Positions 1 to 12,300 of a stretch of 64,000 nt of DNA are shown here, in pieces. Positions within the stretch are counted from its first letter, which is position 1. Each line of letters begins with the position of its first letter. The translations under genes and the position numbers were made by a program. Source of the stretch: Atractiella rhizophila (lineage: Eukaryota); NCBI GenBank assembly GCA_021432655.1, contig MU271192.1, positions 1 through 64,000 of the forward strand. The letters are read 5' to 3'. The notes under the pieces were generated by a model, which saw only the letters and a list, made by a program, of their open reading frames with translations, did not search any database and was not told the DNA's origin.

Positions 1-1889
1 CTCAGTCTCTGGTCTGTCGTGCGTAATCTATTATGTGACTGGTTGTCAAGTTCCTGATCCGTCCCCTTTAGGCTGTTTCTGACCTCGTCATTTCGTAAGC
101 CCGTCGTTCTGACGTTGAGGACATATTCATGATGGTCGTCACAGCGGTATCCTGGCGTTCAAGCTCAGGGAGGCAAAGCAAAACTTCAACGACAGGTGAG
201 ATCCAGTTGTAACCCACATTCAGAAACTTATCGACCGTGATACAGGACGGACTCTTTGCTTCGACAGCTCATTCATCTGGCCATGACGAGCGCTGCTTTC
301 ACTGCTAGCATATCCATTGCCGACGCCATAGTCTTCGCCATTACCTCTCTCTCTTCAAACGCCCATCTCGGTAAGCTTTCTTCCCCACTTTGAACGTGAT
401 AGAGTTCTGATACACATTTCGCAGCACTCTACGTTCTCCACCCTTCCACACACGCTCTCACCACAATCTTTACTCTCAATGCACGAGAGCGCCTCAAGGA
501 CGAGTTGCACAATTCTCGCACTCCAGTCTCTGGTTCGAGAGACATCACGGAAGCAACAACGCCCAAAGCTAGTAGCTATAAGCTCAACAATCTGGCACAG
601 CGTTCGGCCCAGAGAATCACCGTTCATGTCGCCACACAGAGTTTTAGGGACGATTTGGAGAAGAATCCTATTGAGAAGGATCGAAGAGCTATGGAGGTGC
701 GCCGATTTTATTCTACTGCACTGCAGAAGGGGACTCAAGTTGATTATAAGATGGATTCTGATCATCGATTCGCTATTTAAGCCAATAATGTCCTCCTCGA
801 GAGTGGATATTAAAGGACGTTACCTCCCATTCGCTGGAACCTTCATTTTAGCATGGTCATTCACCCGTTCAAAAAAATCTCCATTTTAGAATATCCTTCA
901 GGTGTTGTGGTACATATAATGGTGTTGTGTTGCCCTGACACCTTTTGGGTTTTGTGATCCTTTCAGTGCTTCATCCATCCATCATTGGCCATTTGTGTAC
1001 AGCAGCATGTATTATTCTTCCGGAGGAGGTCAGATCACATGCGGCGTGTGCCGATACCTTGCAAAACTGACGCTTCAAAAGTTGCCTCTACTTTGGACTT
1101 CCTGTTCCGATCCTGAAGTTTCGAAGTCCAACTATAAGGTTACTGCAATTCCAAGGCAAAATGAGCTCTTGTTTATGATTTAATAGCATCTCTTCTCCTC
1201 GTCCTACTTGGCCTTCTCTTCTCACAACCAGATTCATCCCATGAGTTTGCTCTGTTTGGACATGATCAGCCTGCATGCAACGGCCGAGTGTAAATAGTGA
1301 ACTTATTGTTTCCAAGCACGCTGATCCAGTTCTGGTATCGCTCTGACTGGGACTGCGTTCGAAGTTGTGAGTCGAGGTCTATATGAAATTCGAACGCATT
1401 TTGTCTATTTGCCAACGCTCTGGGCACTCAGGTGTTCAAACTGCTCCGTGGTTGTGTTTGGTTTCTAAGCTCACGCGTTGAGGTTTGGCTTGCGAGGGTT
1501 CTGCGAGCCAACGAGAGCTTGTGAGCTTTGAAAGGACCACAAACGAGGTGGTAAGCAAGACGAAAGGCTCACCCCACCTCTAGGGGATTTGGGGTAGCTT
1601 GAGCTCCGCAGTGGAGGGAGGGTTGGGCAAAGAGGATGCGGTCGAAGAGAGTTGAAAGGAGAGCTTGGGAGAGCGGTTGGTTGATGAGTGTTGGTGATTA
1701 GGCCCTGTCAAAAATGCTTTCCGGCTTTTGACAAGATTTACCAGCATTTTCCCCACTTTTTCGGTGTGATGGAAAACTCGCAAAATTTGGGTCAGGTTAC
1801 GGATTTTTTTGCAGTTTTTCAGACACGCGAGAGACTGTTGATTGGCGCAAAAACAGGAATTTCCCTTATTTTCCCAAATTTGCAGCGTC

Positions 1890-3100
1890 TTAACATCTGC
1901 CGATCCCGTTGCCCCTCGCACCTGCACCTACTCCTTCTCCTCCTCCTGCACCCTCCTGCACCCTTTTGAACTTCAACCTCACAATGTTGTCGATGAGCCC
2001 GATGGCTTTGCTGCTGCTGTCTGAGTCGATGCCGATTGTTCCTTCCATCGCCGGTTCCAGTCCTGCCCCATTGAGTTTAGCAAAGCACAAACTTGCTGTA
2101 TTGAACGAGATACAGACCGCTTTTTCAGCTAGTGAAAGCTGTGTATACTCCTTCTTGAAATCTGGTTCTGCTACCAATTTGCCTGCAGCACGCTCTTGCT
2201 CACATTGCTCCATCCGAAACCGCTTGTACATCTCCCTATATGTGAAATGCATGTTTCAGTTACACAGAATTGCCAGCAGGCTGTTGACACACCTTCCGCC
2301 CAGGATACGCTTAGTCGTAGCTCCTTTTGTCGCTGGCAAGTGTCCAATATGGAGCGGTGCCTGCCACTTTTCAGACAAGCTTTGCGTACATTGAGGAAGC
2401 AGCAATAGCTTACCGCAACAGGTGTAAACGTGCGAGGTGGTAAAGCTGTCCTTTCAGCGTACGGCCTCACGTTTGTCACTGGCACCAACACTTAGCGAGA
2501 ATCATAGGAAATAACCGTGGAGTACAGACCTGGCAAGTCCACGCTATCCACCGCGTTGCTTTCTCGCACATCGGCTCCTGGGTAACTCACTGCTGTGCCG
2601 TTACGCTCTGTTGTTTCGAGTTGGCGTACAGGTACAGCACCTGGGCCAGTACGAGGGCTGTCAGCCGCGAAGCAGTCAGGCTGGACAACGCAGACGTTGG
2701 TGGTTTCGGCAACCGGAAGAGCATCTAAATGAGACAACAATGGGCTGTCTGAAGGAGCAGTTGAAGCATCTGTTGTTAAGAAATCAACACGTCAGGAACA
2801 GAAAGAACATACGGCGGACGTTGACTGATATGCCTGCGCCAACTTGAATGCTGAGTTCCTCTGTGATTTTTGGAGTCGTAGAATCAGCGGCGCTGGAGTT
2901 GTTTGCGCGAAACGGAGTATGAGCTGGTCGGGTGATGTTGAGATTGGTGTCTATGGGTAATTGTTTATCAGTAAATGCACCAATGTGATGTGCAAGTGCA
3001 ACATTAGAAACGAGGGACAAGTTTGGAAAGAACATACTATTCTCTACGTCATTTCTTGTTTTTGGCAGCTCTCCACGAGCATCCGTGACGCTGGACCTAG
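1890..3100 (-). CDS. Putative accessory gene (or 3' exons of one) inside the CACTA-like element; unknown function, exon structure unresolved
   Basis: ORF 1890..2252 is a charged helical segment (YREMYKRFRMEQ...FKKEYTQLSLAEK). Further low-complexity minus-strand ORF pieces lie upstream. Confidence 0.35.
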
Positions 3101-3227
3101 TTGGTACGCTGTCTAAACAAAGAGGTAAGTGTTCATGTCACATCTTGAAGAGAGTATCATACCACTGGGGTATCCTGAACTCTGCAACGAAGGGTGGATC
3201 GGAATATCGGTGAAACTGCTCAGTCTA

Positions 3228-4464
3228 TCAGCTTCGTGAAAAGTAAAAGGAAAAGAATACGGGCTTTGATCCTGAAATAGAGCTTGCATTCTTCTTTGCA
3301 TAACTTCGATTCTCTGCTCTTCGCTCCTTTCCTGTCGCAGAGGGAGTTAAATGCTGAGTCAAAGACAGAGCTGGTGGAGAGAGGGATCCTTCTTCTCCAA
3401 GTACCTTCCCCGCATCTTCCTCGACCTTCAGTCGCTTCTCGCGACGCCGATCACCAGCTCTGTAACGTTCTAATTGTCGATGTCTGCATTCAGCGAGGAT
3501 GTGATCTGCCATGGCGTGTCCTTGACACTGCGTTAGCTCAGGAAACTTGCTTTCGAGCACAGCAACGCCTCGGATGCGATGAGAATGGAGAATCTGATGC
3601 CATGTCTTCCGTTGATGCAAAGGTCCATCATACATGGCATCCAGAATCTCGCGAGCTTCTCGTTTGATGTCCATCACGCGTTCTTGAGGAACTTCCACGC
3701 CATTGAAGTCCCTCAACCATTCGTACTTCTTCCCCGCTCTGCCCTCAGCAGAAAGTTTCTGAAACTGCGATCTCCACTTCTTGAACTCCTCACGAGTGAA
3801 CAGGAGACTGTGAGATGGCCTTTTCTGAGCTGGCCGGGGAAGGGTATACTGTTCATATTCCTCGGGTATGATAAGATGTTGAGAGCTGGTAGACTGGGTA
3901 GGAGCAGATTGAGGTTTGTTTGCTGGCATGACACTCGAAGAAAGATTGCACACAGCCAACCTAAGTGACACTTGTTGCCTTATAGCCTGCAGGATAAAAG
4001 CAAGGAACACGCACTGAAGGGACTCATTAAGGCTTCTGAGCCTTTCAACCTCTTTTTTCAACCCAAGATAAACGGAGTTTCCTGACTTCATTAAAGCATG
4101 TTCATCTGCCTGTTGAATCTTCAGCCAGTCTCGTTCAGAAAGCTCAGAGAAGGGCTTTCGACTTTGCGGAGGGACTGAAGGTCGGGAGGAAGGTGTATGA
4201 GAAACATCACGCCTCTGCGTGTGCCGTGACAGACCAGTTGACGGACGGAGCATTGTAAGGTGTTCATATGGGTCAACATCAGACTCTGGCCACAGATTCA
4301 TCAGATGGATATCATTAGAAGGACTGTGGAAGAAAGGACGGACGGGCTTCATGAATATCCTGAACGGACAAGTCCCCATACCCTTCATTATCTGACCAGG
4401 ACATAAAAGCACCTCCTATATCGTCATCGGACTCGTCATAGTTGTAGGAACGTTTTGAAGACAT
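3228..4464 (-). CDS. CACTA-associated accessory protein, divergent from the transposase (probably spliced or frameshifted near the 5' end)
   Basis: 394-aa ORF with a coiled-coil and the motif WLRDFNG..V...R...I...AR...KTW...LESKFPELTQC, which resembles proteins I associate with basidiomycete Tnp21 elements. Likely ATG at 4464 (MSSKRSYNYD). Confidence 0.55.
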
Positions 4465-6120
4465 ATTAAAGAGGTACTGCCGTAAATTAGTAAGGAAAAA
4501 TAGTGAGGAAATATGCAGGTCGTCGTGGAAGAAGAATGAAGTTGATGTACGCACGTGACTCCGATAATTCTGCGCCATTGAGTCCTTCCAACTGCTCTAA
4601 ATCTACCCCAAAACCTGTGATGGCCAAAGGAGATGGCGAGAACAATATTTGGGAGTGTAACTGCACGAAATATTGTGGAGGAGAATGGAGAAGGGTTGGC
4701 AAAAGCTCCTATAACCGCCATGCTCCGTATTGAGAAGCAGATCAGGCTATGATGGGAGGCATAGGGCAAGAAGACATCTCTGCTAGAGATATGGAGGAAC
4801 AGGGAGAAATGGTGGATGATTTCTTGGATGGATCTGAGGTTGGGCCGCTGGTATGTTGTTATTTCAGGTTAATTGTCCTAAGATCCTAAGAGAGCTTCAG
4901 AGCAACAACAACGAACATAACATCAACCTCTCACACCATATTCCTTCGCAACCTCCTTCCGGCTGCGACGGCAGTTCTATGCCTGGGGATGACCCGATCC
5001 AAACCATTCTGAACGAGCTTGAGCGGGTTGAACATCGTCGACTTGTGCGAGACCGATTGGCGCGTCCAATAGTCGGAGAACTAGGAGAAGAGGAACCCCT
5101 AGATGATTTAAGTGAGAATGAGCAGGAGAAAGATGAAGAGGATGAGGAAGAAGGGGAGGAAGAGGAATGTGATGGAGAAAAAGAAAACAGTGAGCAAATA
5201 GGGGAAAATCATGAGCGTACGTACTGATACTAGGAATATTATCATACTGACCTTCAATAGTGGACGAGCTGGCTGCAAATCTCTTGTTGGTGGATGAACA
5301 ACTTCGTCGTCTCTCTTGTGAACAGAGAACAACCCAAGATTCTGACAGACAAGTTCATACTGTCCTGGAGGAAGAGAAATACGAGTATACACCATTAACC
5401 CACGAACAAATTATCTCCCTTGAGCTTTTCATGATTTGCCATGGACGTGCCGCTGGAGACTTGTATGAGGATCTTCGCGCCTGGGTGGAGGAGCAATTCA
5501 AGACAAGCACACTTTCCCTCGATCGTATAAAGCGTTGCATCAAGGAGAAAAGTCATATAATGCCAGAGGCATTTGACATGTGTCCGAACTCTTGCATTGC
5601 GTATACTGGCGAATGGTCTGAACTCACGGAATGCCCAAAATGTCACCTATCACACTATCGAGAACCGACGTCAAAACCAGGAGGCAAGCACAAGAAGAAG
5701 ATTCCTAGACAACAGTATTTCGTGGTTCCATTTGAAGCACCCCTCCAGGCTCGCTGGGCCACCGAAGAAGGAGCGTCTGCTTCAAAGCATAGGGCCAGAC
5801 GGACGAAGGACCGTCTTGAAAAGTGTCCCCAAGATGGGATGCTACCTGATATCCTCGACGATATCTATTGTGGTTCAGATTACCTCAAGCTTGCTCGTGA
5901 AAAGAAAATCTTACCTTCTGATACCGTTCTTGCCCTTTCTCTTGATGGAGCGCAAGTTTTCAACAACAAGAAGCCTTCCGATGCTATCTTTGTCATTATG
6001 ATCGATTACAATCTCCCGCCGGAAATTCGATACAAGCAGCAATATGTCATCCCCATTGCAATTATCCCTGGCCCAAACAAGCCTTGGGATCAAAATTCCT
6101 TTCTTCATCCCATCTTTCAA

Positions 6121-6560
6121 CGGGTCACCCCCGCAAAGGTTTACAACCTTAAAGACGTTTCCCCCACAGCGCCTGTTAAGGTATGACAGAAACCTCTCGA
6201 CGACGGAATGCTAAAACTGGTCGTCAGAACGGCAAACTTAAAGAAGTTCCACCCGAGCTATAAGAAGTCGTCAGAGGCACCCTTCCAAAGCCCCTAGTAT
6301 TAGACCAGCGAGCTTAAGTCTAAGAACTATCAGCTCGCCAGCATCCTCTCATTTTATTATCTATCCTCACGGTCCAACTACGTGAGGTTAATTTCGCGTC
6401 GGTAACTACACCGTAGGCGCTGCCGGTCACACCGGTTGGAGGGGAGGGTAGAGTGAACGTGTCTAACATAGTTTGTCCGGGTCCCGTTACTTTCCTGCCC
6501 TCGCTTTGGTATATAATTTGAGCCTTAGTACCTAGCCTATCGGAAACTGACTTTTGACGA
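6121..6560 (+). mobile_element. 3' fragment of an LTR retrotransposon (pol tail, PPT, start of 3' LTR) running into the gap
   Basis: Transposase homology stops abruptly. Integrase-tail-like peptide (VYNLKD...VVRTANLKKFH). Polypurine tract GGAGGGGAGGGTAGAG (6438-6453) followed directly by TG at 6454, with TATATAA downstream. Confidence 0.5.
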
Positions 6561-7076
6561 NNNNNNNNNNNNNNNNNNNNNNNNNNNNNNNNNNNNNNNN
6601 NNNNNNNNNNNNNNNNNNNNNNNNNNNNNNNNNNNNNNNNNNNNNNNNNNNNNNNNNNNNNNNNNNNNNNNNNNNNNNNNNNNNNNNNNNNNNNNNNNNN
6701 NNNNNNNNNNNNNNNNNNNNNNNNNNNNNNNNNNNNNNNNNNNNNNNNNNNNNNNNNNNNNNNNNNNNNNNNNNNNNNNNNNNNNNNNNNNNNNNNNNNN
6801 NNNNNNNNNNNNNNNNNNNNNNNNNNNNNNNNNNNNNNNNNNNNNNNNNNNNNNNNNNNNNNNNNNNNNNNNNNNNNNNNNNNNNNNNNNNNNNNNNNNN
6901 NNNNNNNNNNNNNNNNNNNNNNNNNNNNNNNNNNNNNNNNNNNNNNNNNNNNNNNNNNNNNNNNNNNNNNNNNNNNNNNNNNNNNNNNNNNNNNNNNNNN
7001 NNNNNNNNNNNNNNNNNNNNNNNNNNNNNNNNNNNNNNNNNNNNNNNNNNNNNNNNNNNNNNNNNNNNNNNNNNNN
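6561..7076. other. Assembly gap (516 N)
   Basis: Run of N. Confidence 1.
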
Positions 7077-7985
7077 TTGTTGCCCAAACACGAAGAGTTG
7101 GGCCTTTCATCTACGTCACTCAATGGACTCTCGAACGAACGATCGGCATTTTAGGATCACGACTTCGACAGCCTTCACGGCCATACCAAAATCTGTCTAG
7201 ACAATGCATCCAGCAAGCTCAATGTCAAGCTTTACGATCAATCGACCCCACGCTCATGAAGAAAAGCGCACTTCGTACCCTGCCTCGAGGAGCTTTAGAT
7301 CTGAGAAATTCATATGCTTTGTTGCGAGCTTCTGTAACTTCGATTTGCAGTGACATAGAAAAGACGGTTGTATCTGCTTTTCTACAGCGAATCCATGGGG
7401 AGATCGCATTGACGTGGGACGGAAGGTTTACGAAATGGGCGCACCTGCAACTTCCTAACGGCGAGAGAGTTCGCACACAATGGAAAGAGCTCGAGCGGCC
7501 TTTCAATGAAGTACGCATCAGTCGGAATATTATGTATCTACGACGAACCGTACCCTGGTTGGAAACAATGGGGCCCACGCGAATTGAAATGCAATATGGT
7601 GAGGTATGCTTTTTCTTGGAAGTTTCACTGGCTTCGAGCGTACATCACCTGGCACTCATTCGACCGTACGGCGATTACGAGCAGCGCGACATCCACTCTG
7701 TTATTCTGAGCTGCAAGCCGGCTGTTGAAGGTTCCCTCGCTGTCATTTCCGTGGAAGATATCAAGGAAGTTGTTGCTGTAATTCCTAGACCGTGGTTCGT
7801 GACTGCTTCATTGTTCATAAACTGGGTTTGAATGTAGATAGTGATTAAATGGATCTCCTCTATATCACATCACTTCTCTGCATTCCCATCCGAGGTAAGG
7901 AAAAGTTTCTGAGCAGACAAGAATCTCTGTGGACGTGAGGAGGAGGCCGTGCGGCAAGATGAGGAGGCAGAGCAAACTGACGGAG

Positions 7986-8537
7986 TATGGAGGTTTGCTG
8001 GGCTATGGGAATTTTCTGCACAATCTTGGGCGTCGTGGGACAGCCACGGACAAGACACGGCCTGGCTCCAGAATTTGTACAATACCTGTGAAAGGTCCTT
8101 GTGATTTCTAGTTTTTTGAAAGTGGCCTCTTCTGAGATTACCGGGGACAGTTTTTGCCTGTCCAAGGAGTCTGGATGAAAACGTTAGGAGAAGTGCAACT
8201 TGTGTTGCTGTGTATTATAGCAGCCCTGGATCACAGCACGAAACATGACTCCCATACGGAAGCAAATCATTTGTCCGTATGGGAGTCATGGTGAGTCATG
8301 CGAGGTGAGCCGCCTTCACTCCGTGAAATCAACCGGAAAGAGGCAACAGTTGCTGGATGTGACTTTGTCCTGAAGGGGAACCTCACGAATCATGAAATGA
8401 AGGACAATCTTATAGCTTATTACCACACATATACAAGTTTGAGTGGACTTGAGTACATCACTGAATCTGCAAAGTCCAGTGACACTTTGGCACCGACTTT
8501 TACTGTAGGTTTCCCCATAGCCCAGCAAACCTCCATA
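7986..8537. mobile_element. MITE-like element (552 bp) with 24-bp TIRs and a central hairpin
   Basis: TATGGAGGTTTGCTGGGCTATGGG (7986) and its exact reverse complement ending at 8537. Flanks ACGGAG/GCGGAG. Perfect 17-bp stem at 8244-8290. Confidence 0.65.
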
Positions 8538-9304
8538 GCGGAGGATGCAGGCGGGTGCTGTGGCCAAACGTGAACGAGAGATCATAAGAGGTCTATATCG
8601 GCAAACAACATAGGTCAGAGGCTAGCAAATAGAATGGAGGACACCTACCTTAACAGGAAGCTGTGCCATTCCAATACTATATCTGGACCACAACGGACAT
8701 AGTATCGTGATGATCCAGCTGAAAGGGCTTTGTCAGTGAACTGGATCAATGTCCAAGATGTCCTACTCACAGCTGCAGCAGAGTACTATTGGCAGAAAGA
8801 GAAAGACTTACTGAGTTTATGCAAGCGAAGCTCAAATATTACCGGAAACCATTGCGAGACCAGAGTTCTACTTGGCGGCAAAGTCTCTGAAGGCTGTTAT
8901 CAAATGCGATGCGGAGCTGATTAGTACCACTGATAAAAAATGACATTGTTGAAACTCAGTTGACAGATTGCGAAAAGCCTTCGACGAGGGAATCAGTGAA
9001 AGAAGTCCAAAGCGTTGGCGATAGAAGCGTGCCGGAGAACGACTAACCCCCTCCTCCCTGCGCTTAACAACAGAGAAGTTCACATTAGCATTGATTAATA
9101 TTGATTTCTTGCCAGCCCCTTTCAGTCCCCCAGAAAATTCCTAATTTTTCCAACTTTTCCCAACTGAGCCAGAGCTGAACTTGCTTTGCTGCAGGCGTTG
9201 CCGTGTCAGTCCAAAAATGCGGAAATTTCGTAGATATTTGTCCGCATTTGTTGCACAATCAAGGAAAGTGTGGGAAATTCAGGAAAGGACTTTTGACAGG
9301 GGAT

Positions 9305-12300
9305 TAGGCTTGGTACACGGTTTTGGATTCCGTCAAAACCTGTGACCCTCCCATCCCCTTCCCCTTAAGGGGATCCCACGGGAGCGGCGGGAAAATCCTT
9401 GCTGGGGAAGGGAAGGGGACGGGAAACACATTTACAAATTCGAAACTCGTGGCTACCCGTGGGGTTGCACGGTTTCTCGAGCAACTGTGCACAAGTTTTC
9501 ACGCTTCATCCTATGCTTCACTCCCGTCCCAACTTGAAAGTAGAGCCCCAGATTTTAAACAGTCCTCGAACAGTCCGTCATTCCTTCCTTTTTTATGTCA
9601 TGGGTGAGCAGGAGAGAGAATTGGATGCCTTCCACTCGATTCTGCACAGGCAAAGGAGAAAGAGCTATGAAAAGCTTAGAGTACAATCTGCTTCTGAAAG
9701 AACCCGGATGAGAATATTGGCAAAATTAAGTGATTCCAAAGAAGTTCTCTGAAGTGGAGTGTACCGAATGTGCTCCTCCTTCAATGAACTGTGCAGATGG
9801 GTTTGAGTCCCTGCGATGAGAGCAGCACGAAGAAATAAATGAAACATTCAAATTCCCAGCAAATGAATGTGCTGTTGATGGCTATTGGCAGCTTCTGTCT
9901 GGCTGCTGGAACACAAAAAATGTCAGTGCCTGCTTCGGACGAGTCCATTGGGGATGACATACCACATCCGTGTGCTCTGTTGACCTTGCAATTGGTAGAG
10001 GATTGCCTCTATCGGCCATACCCAGAAGCGAAAAGTTATAAAACAGGACTGATTTCCTGGCAATCACTTGCACTCATTTCTTGTCTGGTATTCCATCATG
10101 TCCAAGCGCACTCGGAAAGATTCGATGAATTCCGACACCAGTCATCAGAGCCCCTGCCGAACCCCTGACCCTCAAAATATTGCTACCATCGAGCTTGATT
10201 CATCAGATGATGATGTTGGGGACTCCATTCGCAGGTCCCATTGAAAGCACGCTCGGGAACTACCACGAGGGGTGGACTTCAAGATGGACAGCAGCTTTGA
10301 CGGTTGGAAGGATGATGAGATCATTGGTTGGTCTTCTTCCGAGACTCCATCCAAATCTTTTTCTGATATTACAATAGACTTCGATATTCAACGCTGGGGA
10401 AGGTCCAAGTTCAAAAGAATAGCGACAAACCGAGCGTATCTTCATTATCACGAACGCCCAATTCTTCGTCGCGGTACCTATCTGAAGGACACGCGATCTG
10501 GTAGAAAGTCAGGAGAACTTCGCATTTTCTACACGTTTGTCTGCAAGACCAACCCGAACCACACTTATGAACGTGTTGGCGATGACGGAAGCACCAAAGG
10601 CTTGCAAATTAGCGCCGACAAATGCGTTGTGAGCTTTAGATAAGGATCTAAAAAGACTGTCTACAGGGCGACGAAGGATTTTCAAAGAGTCAGCAAACAA
10701 AACTTGTGGTCAGCGAGAATCAGCTATGGGTCAACGCGATGGACCAGACGGACCGCGACACATACCGACATGTCCTTGCTGCTCTCTGGTGCACCACTTC
10801 AGCTCGTCCGTTCAATGTCACACACGATCATTATTTCCAAGAGATCCTCAAGCTTGGGAACGGTGGATCAGAGAGTGTTCCAAACATTGATCGTCACAGA
10901 GTAGTAGAGGATGCGAAATTCTTGCAGGAGTACGTGCGCGCTAAGGTGAAGGCCAGAATTTCAGTACGTGCCGAGTTTGAATCCTGTATACAATACTAAT
11001 AACTGTCAAAGGCTGCTCGTGGGAACTTTTTTCATTACGCTGGACGGCTGGACAGCTCCTCAGGGCTTCAGTTATGTCCTTGTCTACCTTCACTTCCGCG
11101 AGCGGGGAGATACAAAGAAAGTTGCTCTTGGTTTCATTCGGTACAAAGTCCTTCATTATGAGAACCCATTTAATGTAGGAACAGGGTTCTTGATTCACAT
11201 ACGGGAGATAACATTGCTGCTTTGGTCTATGGCTTATTGGATTCATATGAAGTGTGCGAGACGGTGCGTGTTCAAGTCTGCTCATGGAGTCTTTCTTCGA
11301 GAGTTGACATTCTGCGCAGGTCATGGCTCCAACGTGCGACAGTGCGTCTAACAACGATACATTCACAATGGCAATGGAAAACAGGGTCAAGTATCCGAAG
11401 ATGCTTCTCTGGAGAGCAGATTTGCAAGTGCGATGCTTTGACCACATACTCAACTTGGTTGCAAAAGGTACGGTTCTGGCAGTAAAATGTGATGGGAGAC
11501 TGATTAGATGATGCAATGTCCAGGGATTTTTGAGTCGTTTCAAGAAGCCAGTTACGAAGAAACGAGTCATAGAAGGCATTGGGACTTCCATCACTGCGGA
11601 TGAAGTGGCATTATCACAATTGGAAGCAGAACTGAGAGAGTCGGGGTTCACTGAAGAAGCAGAACTAGAAGGTATGGTTTAGCCAATTGGTCTAAACAAT
11701 CTAACGCTTCTGCTATAGACCAAAGTGAAGAAGTGCAAGCACAAGCGGCTGCAATTGATCTAATTCGGGAAGAGGCTGCTCCGAAAGCAACTTGTTCTCC
11801 GAAGGAAGAATTAGAGGCATGTTTCATGCTCACGAAGGTACACTGCATGCATTGTCTTTCACCCTTCACCGTCCTTTAAATCAACAAAATAGCTTGCGAA
11901 TCTGGCCAAAAGGACAGCCTTGAACGATGGGCTTAGAAGCAAACTTGACGACGAGGTTGCCGCTTTCCAAAAAAGAGGATCCTGAAGGACCTCTTAAGTT
12001 TCTATCTCCTCCTGTGCACCTTGTCAAAACCTGTCCCACACGTTGGAATGGCGAAGGTGCGATGATTGATCGAGCAATAGACTTGAAGGACGCATTGCGA
12101 AATCTTTGTGGTAAACCGAGCTTAAAACTTGAGCGATGCCGATTGACAAGAACGGAGTGGGAAATTATGGAGCAAGCAAATCTGACCCTGCAAGTATGTT
12201 TTTCCCGTTTATTTTTTTTATCCAAAAGCTAAGACTTTGCTTTAGCTGTTCCAACAGGCAACAGACTGGATGTCGAGGGCCAACTTCTCCAATTTAGCCA

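Larger units (their letters stand above)
4620..7831 (+). pseudogene. Transposase_21 (tnp2/CACTA) transposase, interrupted
   Basis: N-terminal CxCxxxC..RH. Core motifs DMCPNSCIAYTG..CPKC, DDIYCGSDY, LALSLDGAQVF, YNLPPEIRY, IIPGPNKP. C-terminal QWTLERTIG..LRQPSRPYQNL and KWAHLQLPNG after the gap. Premature TGA near 4731 and foreign DNA from ~6121. Confidence 0.9.
1703..9301 (+). mobile_element. CACTA/EnSpm-like (Transposase_21) DNA transposon with CCCTG termini
   Basis: Left end CCCTGTCAAAAATGCTTTCC (1703) and reverse complement of the right end CCCTGTCAAAAGTCCTTTCC (ends 9301) match at 18/20. GATTAGG flanks both sides (1696-1702, 9302-9308). Encloses a Tnp21-type transposase. Confidence 0.85.

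Noticed and set aside
1..1500. Overlapping ORFs at 355-889 and nearby
   Set aside because: No recognisable domain. The minus-strand frame continues through several stops, so it cannot be called.
6320..7123. Long ORFs spanning the N run
   Set aside because: Artefacts of translating the assembly gap.
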